Notes under the pieces: generated by a model
Seen by the model: only the letters and a program-made list of their open reading frames with translations
The model's database searches: none
Told to the model about the DNA's origin: nothing
Shown here: piece by piece, positions 22,409 to 31,700 of the stretch
Layout of the letters: each line of letters opens with the position of its first letter
Numbering within the stretch: position 1 is the stretch's first letter
Position numbers and translations under genes: made by a program
Source: an uncultured Solirubrobacterales bacterium
GTDB lineage: Bacteria; Actinomycetota; Thermoleophilia; Solirubrobacterales; Solirubrobacteraceae
Assembly (NCBI GenBank): GCA_963831995.1
Contig: CAWHSI010000001.1
Location: 959,637-1,023,636 of the forward strand
DNA: 64,000 nt
Direction: 5' to 3'

Positions 22409-23104
22409 TCATGCGCTCGACAATTCCCCAGAGCTGGGCACACCCGATCCACCCGCGCTCAAGTGGAGATACAGGACAACGCTAGCGAACGCCCCAACCG
22501 GCGCCGCAAGGATCTCAAGGAGAATGCGAATAACTATGCCACCAACAGAACTCGCAGAATTCGCGGCGAGATCAGCCCCAGAAGTGACAAGACCCACCAC
22601 AAAAATCGTGACAAAAATCACCCAAAACACAGACCACCCGTTGCCCCGCACCAACTCGCGACTACGCCCAAGCGCTCGTAGACCACTCGGTCGCTCACGA
22701 ACAACAACTGGCACCGCCACCGACCAAACAGTGGCAAGCACCAATCCAGGAACCACCAAAACGACGAAACCAAGGAATACCACCACACCAGTTACTAGCG
22801 CAACAAGCATCACACGACCAAACACAGGCGTCACCCGACCTAGCGTCTCACCTACGTCTGAATGACTACGGTCTCTCTGACCGTCAGCAACAAGCCCGAC
22901 AGCGATCGCCGTGAAGACCGCAATAGCTATATCCGACACCAGAAATGAGATGTATACCATCGAAGGCGAGACGCTCACCAGGATTGCGGCGAGTATACCG
23001 GCTACACCAAAGACGAGGATGGAGTAAGGGAGCCAAACGATAGCCTGATCCTTGTAAACCGCCAGCGTCTGCCGAATGACGGCGCCACCATGTATCCGGG
23101 ACAT
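22409..23104 (-). CDS. multi-pass membrane protein, candidate immunity for the orphan Rhs tip
   Basis: About 6 TM segments, PGLVLATVWSVAVPVVVRE...ALGRSRELVRGNGW motif; directly downstream of the orphan tip. Confidence 0.8.
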   Translation of the reverse strand: MSRIHGGAVIRQTLAVYKDQAIVWLPYSILVFGVAGILAAILVSVSPSMVYISFLVSDIAIAVFTAIAVGLVADGQRDRSHSDVGETLGRVTPVFGRVMLVALVTGVVVFLGFVVLVVPGLVLATVWSVAVPVVVRERPSGLRALGRSRELVRGNGWSVFWVIFVTIFVVGLVTSGADLAANSASSVGGIVIRILLEILAAPVGAFASVVLYLHLSAGGSGVPSSGELSSA

Positions 23105-23198
23105 AAGGATCGCTAACCCACCGTCAAACGAGAGCCCGACCCCCGCCCTGACTCAATACACAAGACACACACTAATCCGTACCTCACTTTACCTATGC

Positions 23199-23634
23199 TC
23201 ATGGGCTTCCACACGGACCCTTCGCATAAAAGAGTTCGTAAGTGCACTTAGCGAGGCTGAAGATTTCCTTACCAATGCCAAAGATTTTCTTCACCCGAGA
23301 CTCAAATTCACTCCACGAAACCGTCTGTTCGCCCACGAACCGCCAAGCGGCATGTGCTGCCGACTTCAACGCTCGCCAGCCTTTTTTGATCACACCCAAC
23401 GCGTCACCCAACAGGCTCACGTACCGCATACACGACTCTATCCGGGAAGTACGGTGAGGATTCGCTCGACATTCATGCGCGAGTTCATCCAGCCTTTCAT
23501 TTTCGCTGGTACCCAATGGACCGCTCGCTTCAGTCCCCGTCAGCGGTTGGACTAGGAGCGCGGGTTCAGCGTGTGCTTCTTGCTGTCCTTTACTGCCTGG
23601 GTGGTATGCGGCTTCTTCGTACCATCCTTCTTCT
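23199..23634 (-). pseudogene. orphan Rhs C-terminal cassette without its own start
   Basis: EEAAYHPGSKGQQEAHAEPALLVQPL matches EEAAYHPGTKGQAEAHTEEGMLYQPL of the main Rhs. DNA 23572-23620 vs 26143-26191 is 45/49 identical, followed by an unrelated tip. Confidence 0.85.
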
Positions 23635-23793
23635 TGATGTCTACGGAGCACTGAGCCTGTGCATACAGTCGCGCCGCTGTACGCATAGATTCGGCCAGTC
23701 GATCCTAGGCAGAGGGCCATACGACCGCATGCGGCGGTCTTTCCAGAGCGTCGTAAGCATAGAAATCGTCGTCGCATGACGCGCTCGTGCTGG

Positions 23794-25767
23794 TCAAACC
23801 GGACCACCACCACCGGCGAGCATCCTCTCGCGAGCTTCGCGAGCGTCCGCGACGATCATCTGCACATTCTCGTTTTCGTCGTCTTCGAAACGCGTGACCA
23901 GCTCATTAAGCGTAAGGATCGCTTCATCGTTGCGATTGAGTTTGTCGAGTATGCAAGCCTTGCTATACAGTGCCGAGGCTGGCACTTCACCAGTCTGTGG
24001 ACCAGTCGTGGTCGCGAAACTTCTGAGTGTATCGTCGAACATCACTAGTGCCTCCTCACCATATTGATTCACAAGCTCCTCGAAAACTTCCTCGGATTCC
24101 TGTACGCGTCCGAGCCGGTCAAGCGCTGTAGCTCTGCTGTATAGAGCTACCGTGATTAAGCGACGCAATCCAGGCTCATGGGCATCCTTGAACGAGTCGA
24201 TTAGCTCTCCAAATGTATCGACGGCTTCTTCCAAACGCTCATTCGCGAGGAGGGCTGTTCCCTTGGCGACCAATGCTTCGGCGAGGAGTTCACGCTGATC
24301 GGGATCTGTCTTATCGTCGGCACGCTCGATCAATGCTTCAGCCAACACAATCCCCTCCGTGGACCGTCCCATAGCTGGAAGCAAACTGGCCTTTTCTCTC
24401 AGCGCCCTCGCAACCAGGCTGCTCAACGCCGGCACATCCGCATCCCCATACCGCTCCGCGATCTCAGACCATGCAGCGATCGACTGTCCCAACTGCCCCA
24501 TCTGCTTCAAGCAGTATGCCTTATAGCCCAGAGTGTAAGCCAGCACCTCGCCGAGTTTCGAATCGTCCGCGCCGGAGAAGCGCGCGATCGTATCCTCAGC
24601 GACCGCGACCGCCTCCTCCCACCGACCCATCCTACCGAGTGCCATCGCCTTGTTGTTCAAGATTCTTGCAGCATGGACACGCAACTCAGACTCTTCTGCT
24701 TCACCGAACTGAGTGACCGACTCGTCCGCAATCACGATCACATCCTCGTTGCGGCCATCATCGAGCAACAACGACGACTCCCTCGCAAGTACGTCTGCGA
24801 TTTTCGTGCGTGCATAAAACTCCGTCTTCGCACCATAGCGTCGCACAACCTCGTCGTAGCACTCAATCGCGTCTCGCCTGCGCCCAAGCTTGTCCAGTAC
24901 CCAGGCCCGACTACTCAAAGCGTCAAGACCCGCATATGGACGTCCCGGCGGAGGATCATCGCCAAACCGAGACACCGCCTCCTCCTCTACCGCCAGCGCC
25001 TGCCTATACTCGCCAGTCCCGCATAGAGCGATCGACTTGTTTTGCAGCGCAACAGCGACCGACTCACGCAAGTCCGGCTCCGCCGATTCTCCGAAGCGCG
25101 CAAGCAAGCCATCCCATACCTCGAGCGCGCGCCCACGCTTACCGTCATCTGCGAGCAACTCGGCCATTCTGTTCATCGCCCTCGCTACCGCCTTTTGCAC
25201 AGCCGACTTTTTCACGCTGCCATAACGCTCCACGAGCTCGTCGAGCAGCGCGATCCCTTCTTGCACGCGACCAAGTTCTACCAACGAAAACGCCTTGCGT
25301 CTTAGTCCGTCAACCACCAGATCGAGGCGTCCCGAGGGGGGGTCGTCAGCAAAACGACCAAGCAATGCATCGGCGGCTACGATAGCCAACTCGTGTTGCC
25401 CAGCGTTGGCCAACTCGTAAGCTCGCTTGAGAACGATCCGTCCGATTGACTCCCGCGCTAGCGACAGTGAGCGCTCGGGATCAACCGCTTCTCTGGCGCG
25501 CATACACCACTCATTGAACGCAGCGTCAGCCTCACCGAAACGATCCATGCAGACCAGCGCAGCCCCCTTCTTGCCCAATGCGATACGTATCTGTTTTCTC
25601 AAGTCTTGCTGATCCGTATCTCCCCACCGCTCGACGACCGCGTCATAGCACACGATCGCGTCCCCATAATGACCTCCCGCAACAAGGTCATCACCATCAC
25701 TGATCAATGCCATCGCAGCGTGAAGCGGAGTCCCAGAATCAATAGATTGCGTGTCACCTCTACCCAT
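23794..25767 (-). CDS. TPR-repeat protein, candidate immunity/chaperone of the Rhs protein
   Basis: Repeated A-L-x-x-K-A-x-x-L-x-x-L-G-R...EA...YDE..RFG helical units; starts 29 bp after the rhs stop. Confidence 0.85.
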   Translation of the reverse strand: MGRGDTQSIDSGTPLHAAMALISDGDDLVAGGHYGDAIVCYDAVVERWGDTDQQDLRKQIRIALGKKGAALVCMDRFGEADAAFNEWCMRAREAVDPERSLSLARESIGRIVLKRAYELANAGQHELAIVAADALLGRFADDPPSGRLDLVVDGLRRKAFSLVELGRVQEGIALLDELVERYGSVKKSAVQKAVARAMNRMAELLADDGKRGRALEVWDGLLARFGESAEPDLRESVAVALQNKSIALCGTGEYRQALAVEEEAVSRFGDDPPPGRPYAGLDALSSRAWVLDKLGRRRDAIECYDEVVRRYGAKTEFYARTKIADVLARESSLLLDDGRNEDVIVIADESVTQFGEAEESELRVHAARILNNKAMALGRMGRWEEAVAVAEDTIARFSGADDSKLGEVLAYTLGYKAYCLKQMGQLGQSIAAWSEIAERYGDADVPALSSLVARALREKASLLPAMGRSTEGIVLAEALIERADDKTDPDQRELLAEALVAKGTALLANERLEEAVDTFGELIDSFKDAHEPGLRRLITVALYSRATALDRLGRVQESEEVFEELVNQYGEEALVMFDDTLRSFATTTGPQTGEVPASALYSKACILDKLNRNDEAILTLNELVTRFEDDENENVQMIVADAREARERMLAGGGGPV

Positions 25768-25796
25768 AGATCAATCTCACTAGCTTTGAGCCTCCG

Positions 25797-28700
25797 TCAG
25801 TCTCCATCATCGAACGATGACTCAAGCATTAGATCCTCCGCGTCCTCCTCCCCTGAGCCACCTCCCGGTCTTGCCTCCACCGTCACCGCAGGAGGATGTG
25901 CCATTTCATACTCATGCTGCCTCTCCATAAAATCATCCCCACCGCACCCGATAGCAAGCGCGGCTACAACCCTACATGTAATCCTGAATTGTCGAGGGGA
26001 AAAATGATGGGTCATGACCTCAAAGTGAGCGCATGGTCCATCTGAGTCGGCTACACACAGTGGGACGACAGACCCGAGAAGGGAAGCACCTTCACCTGTG
26101 CCTTCAGTTCCTAGCGGCTGGTAGAGCATGCCTTCTTCTGTATGTGCTTCTGCCTGTCCTTTAGTGCCTGGATGGTATGCGGCTTCTTCGTCTTCGCTTT
26201 CTTCTTCCCACCATTCTTCTTCCCATTCTTCGCCTTCGGCTTCGCTTCCGTACATAGCCGCGTAGGCCGCTGCTTGTTGTGCCGCTTCGGCGGCTTGGCG
26301 TTCGGCTTCGGCCCTAGCGGCTGCTTCTTCGGCGGCGCGTATTTCTGCTGCTCTGACCGCCGCTGCTTCGGATGCTCGCCCGCCGACGTATTTTTCGTCG
26401 AATTCGTCGATCGTCGCGGTGTAGTCGCCAGTCAGATCATACGTGTTTAGAGGATCACCGTCTGTATACGCATATGCGTTGCCTGAACCTCCCGATACCG
26501 GGTCGCTCTGCAGGAACCGTCCAAGCTGCGGCACGTACGATCTCGCACCCATGGCCTGAACCCCGGACGGTAGTTCGGTCCGTATCTCATGCGAACCCAG
26601 CCACGAATACTTCGGCGGAGCTTCTGTGGCGGGAACTCCGAACTCCGTCGGTTCAGCAATCGTGGACGCAAGTTTGCTCGTCGTTTCCGAGTCCTGCGCC
26701 GTCGCCACAATATCACCATGCAAGTTCGTCAGCTGAAGCACCGGCACTTCCGCATCGTACTGTGTCGCGACAAGGCCACCCAATACGTTAATATCGCGTG
26801 TCGTGCTGCCTGATAGTTCGCTTGTCCACGCCACAGTGTCGTCAGGTCCGGTATAGTGTAGTGTTTCAGTCGCGTCGATTTTGCCTGTCGAGACGATTTC
26901 GCTCGCCCTGCCTGATGGATCAAGATTATAGCCGATCGCCTGACCGTTCTGTTCTTGGGTCGCAAGTTGACCGTCTACGTAGAATCCACTCGACAGTTCG
27001 CTCCCACCCGCATCGCCCGCCGGAAGCTTCGCGGTTTCGCCAAACGGTTCATATGCCACGCCGGCATCCGTCAGCTGGTCCGCTTCATCATAGGTATGTT
27101 TTTCCACCACGCTCGATTCGGTAGCGCATTCGTTTTTGCCGTTTGGTGGGTATGTCGTAAGACTGGTGCGGTTGGTGTCTTCATCGTATGCGTACCGACG
27201 GGTCACGCATCCTTTGCCAACGGGAGTCTGGGTAGCTTCGACCAAGCGACCGATCGTATCATACGCGTAGGTGTCCTTGCCAAGACTACTTGTCTGAACG
27301 CTCCACTGGCCATGAATCGTCGGGACAGCGGTGTCTTTGAACCATTCACAGTTTTCGGTACAGTGAGTTTCCTTTTTATAGACGAGGCCAACTCTTTCTC
27401 CAGCAGGATTCTCTGTATAAGCTGCCACCATCCCGTTTGGATAGGTCTCGCTGGCAAGGTTTCCTTCGACGTCGTATGTAGCCGCAAACGTCCCTATGCC
27501 CGAAATCGCCGCTTCATCCAACAGACCTGTCGTTCCGTTGTACGAAAGCGTTTCCGTGCCCTCGGCGTTGCTCGCGTGCCGCAAGCGTCCGTCCTTTTCT
27601 TTTTCGCCCTCGTAAGAACCTTCGCCTTCGTATTCGTAGGTAGTAGTATCGCCCACCGCGTCGGTGTAACCGGTCAACTCGCCTACCTTGTTATATGTGC
27701 TCTTCAGCGACTCGCTACTGGTCGACTGTTCGTCAAGAGCTCCCGTCGCTTCGTTATACTTGTAGGTGACCTTCGGTAGAGCTTTGCCGACGACACCGCT
27801 CGTTTCGCTTGTGGTGAGACGTCCCGCTTCGTCATACGTCTCGGTAGTGGTCCGCGTTGATTCCTGCATTTCGTATTCGCCGGTGCCGCTGCTCGTACAA
27901 TTATCGTTAGTATATTTGCCTTTCCCGGCAGCAACTTTGACGCACACACTCGCTTTGCTCGTGCCTGTCAACGGCTCGCCGTATATATTGTATGCCGTCG
28001 TGGTGTCGACCGGAAGATTGGGAGCGCCCGCGACGTTTGGTTGCTTGCCCGGAAGCGTTTCGCACACTAGCGTCGCCCATTCAGGATGTTCGCCGCACTG
28101 CGGAGAACCGGCATCAGGGCCCGCCGTGTAGTAGACGGTCTTCGTATCGTGAGGGCTTTCAGCGCCGGTGCTCTTTGGCATTCGTGTTTCCATGACGCTC
28201 CCGGTCATTTCTTCATATAGGGTTGTATGAGTAATTTTTAGACCGCTTGGATCGCTTGTAACCGACGTCGGCTTGCGCAGCTTCCACCCCAGGTTACCTT
28301 GCCCCGAGTACGACGTCGCAACCGTGCGGACGTCCTGTTCGCCTTCGCTTTCCGTCTGAGCGCCCTGCGTCATTTTTGTCACCAGACGGTACGGGCCATC
28401 TTCACTTGGTGCATTCAGGTCGTATTCATAGTCAGTGTGGCTACGCGCCTGGACTTCTTTGCCGTTGCCGAGCTTGACGAGATGACGCGGTCCGAGCGTC
28501 GAAAGCAGCTCGGTGCCTTCAGTGTTGTATGTATTCTGCGTGTCCAGAAGTTTTGCCGCTTCCGCTGGTTTCGCTTCTTTGAGAGCCAGGGTTCGGTTAT
28601 CCGCGCTCAAAGTGCGCACAACATCATTGCTTGAGTTGTATTCGCTTGTAGATATTCCTTCGGTCGGCATGGCGACATTGACTGTACGGCCTGTACTATC

Positions 28701-31700
28701 GCGGTAGTAAATCGTCGCACGTTTATAGCTCGTGGCAGGCCATGATTGAGGTTCATCGGGCGGAAAGATAGCGGAGGCTTCCGTCGGATCGTCTTTTTGT
28801 GCCCATCCTTCTTCCACTTCTTTGGCGCCCATCGCATGCGGCGCGCCACTACCCGATATGGGCACGTTATACTCGATAGTAGATCCGGGCTGAGGCGCAA
28901 CCGCTTGTCCTTCCACGACTGTCGGGGGCACCCACTTCTCGATCCTATCATCCCCAATGTCGCCAGCCCAAAGGTCTCCTTTCGCGTCAACGGCGATGCC
29001 ATCAGCATCTTCGGTCTGACCGTTACCTTTACCTTTCGAACCCACAGTGAGCATATATTCACCAGTCGAAGTAAACTCCTGGATCCTGCCATCTTCGTAA
29101 TCGGCTACCCAGACTGTCCCACTTGGCCCGATAGCTATTCCTATAGGGTCTTCCAATTGTCCGGGGCCGCTACCCTTCGATCCAAACTGCCGCACGTATT
29201 GATCTTGTGCGTTATACTCTTCAATACTATCGTTTCCGCAACCCGTTAGCCATACATTACCTTCCGAATCTGCGGCTATACCACACGGGTCGGCGATCTG
29301 CGTGATTTCGACTTCCCATTCCCCTTTCTTATTAAACTCCTCTAGACTATCCTTAACCAAATCCGTTACCCACACATTCCCTTTTGGATCGACGGTGATA
29401 CCAAACGGCCACTCAAACGCGCCTGCTATTGTCCCCTTATAACCAAGCTGCTTTACATATTCGCCTTTTTCGTTGAACTCCTCGACTCTGTAGTTACCAG
29501 TATCGGTCACCCAAACGTTGCCTTTGGAGTCGGCTGCGATACCGGTCGGATCTTCAAACTGCCCATTACCAGTTCCTTTGGATCCCACTGTTCTAATGTA
29601 TTCGCCTTTTTCGTTGAACTCCTCCACACGGTCATTACCCGAATCAACAACCCACACATTGCCTTTAGGGTCTACCGCGATTCCTTGGGGTGATTTGAAC
29701 TGTCCCGCTCCACTTCCGGCAGAGCCCGTTTGTAGGGAATACACAGGTTGCCCCACCTCTTCACTAGTTACCGCTGTGGCGTTTACAGAGCCACCGCCGT
29801 TGGTCGCTGTAACCGTCGCTCTAAGCGTATGCCCGATGTCCCCATTTGTCGGTGTATAGTTTGCATTCGTCGCACCGCCGATCGGCACGCATTCGCCCCC
29901 GGTTGCATTGCAATCATACCACTGATAACCGTACACAACCGGACTACCGGTCCATACCCCGTATGACACCGCCATCCTATTTTTCACTACAGGCGTGCCG
30001 CTCAGCTTTGGCGCTTCGGTGTTTACCGGGAGCGCACCCGCCCACAAGGGCGCTGTAACCGGTGCCTGAGCCGTCTTCAACACTCGCCCGGCACCCAGGT
30101 CCTGGACTGTAGTGCCGTAAACGAATGCCCATGTCTCCTGGCCAGGAGCGGTGACCGCGGTGATGTGACCTTCGCTATCATACCCATATACCGTCTTCAA
30201 AGTAGGAGATATCCTTGGATCCCATTCCGCTCGCAACCTACCCTGCTTGTCGTAGAAAAAGCTCTTGACAGGCTTTTCCTTCATCACGGCTTTTTCAAAT
30301 GCAACAAATACAACTTCCTTCAAACGCCCGTCGTATTCACCCCATTCGCTCTCATTTTCACCCGTCGCTTTCGTTCCTTTCGCATAAACAAACTTCAAAG
30401 CGCGACAGCCGGGTTTTAGTTCTTTGAGTTCTTTACCCACAGGACACGTAATGCCTGTCGCCACCGCACCCAACACCATGGATGGTCGGGTCACCGATTT
30501 GCCTTCGACGCTCGTCGTTTCCGATGAGAACGTGACTGTTTCGCTCGGTAGCACACCTTTCTGCACGCTCGGCAGCCAGAGCGTGCCAGTGCCGCCCGCA
30601 GGCACCCTGAACCCAGTGCTAGTGCTCACTGCGGCGTTCTTGAGTACAAGTTCTTTGACGCCTTCATTCGTGATTTCAGACAAGGACAGGTTAGGATCGC
30701 CGCGTGGCGATTCAAAACCAGTTTCCTTCTTATCGAAAATAGTCTCCGCGCCGGTCGCGCCGACGAGGACCATACTTCCGTTGGGCTGCTCGGTTATACT
30801 CTGCTGGCCAGCCAGGCTGGACGTCCACTGGGACCCAAACGCGCCCGTTTCGCCTGACGTGGCTCGTGACCGGTAGCTGTCGCTTACGACCAACCCGTCG
30901 CCCATCGAGACTCCCCCACCGCTCAACACCAACTGGCCAGACTGCGGATCTACCATACCGGGTCCCATGGCGATCGGTGAAGCGTGGCGAACCTGAAGCG
31001 TGAAATTCTTTTCGGCGACATTGCCCGCATTATCTGTTGCGACTACCGTCATCGTGTTAGACCCAGCACCCAATTCTTCACCATTAACCGTCCATTCACC
31101 GCTAGCAGTGCATGGCCCGCTCGAACAGAATGCCTCCGGCACTTCACTCAATCTATGCCCGTTGATATAAACAACAATCGACTTCACGCCAGAACTGGGC
31201 GTTGTACCTTCACCATCTGTTGCCTTCACCGTGAAATGGTACGTTGCGTCCCCGATTACGTTCCCACTGGGCAAACCCAACAATTCAATGCTGTGCGGCG
31301 GTGCGTTATCTAGCTTCAACGTCATCCTCGCACTTGTTGCTTTCAAATTTATCGAGTCGTCGACTTCGCCTTCGATTATATCTTCACCTTCAGGGAGCCC
31401 CGAATCTAGCAGCGGAATTGAGGCAGGCACACCTTTTGCGCCGGTAGGGCAGGTATCTTCATCACACTCATTGCATTGCACCCCCACACAATCGCTTGGG
31501 AACCCTTCGTAGTTCCGGAGTTCCCATCCTGGCTTACTCGGCGACTTCAACTTTCCTCCATACAACCCGAGCCCAGGATCAAATGCGTCGAGCCCAACAA
31601 TCGATTTGTTACTGGCCCAAGTTCCTGCGTACAATGGATTGGTGACCCCTTTGATCGTTGGATCATTTGTGTCAAGTTTTACGGACGGTCCTTTTTCTTG

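Noticed and set aside
23635-23813. N-terminal part of ORF 23199..23813 as a real protein start
   Set aside because: Overlaps the TPR stop and has no protein-like character; Rhs similarity starts only at about 23630.
28930-29740. DNA repeats such as ATTCGCCTTTTTCGTTGAACTCCTC (two copies) as a non-coding repeat system
   Set aside because: Explained by NHL protein repeats (RVEEFNEKGEY).
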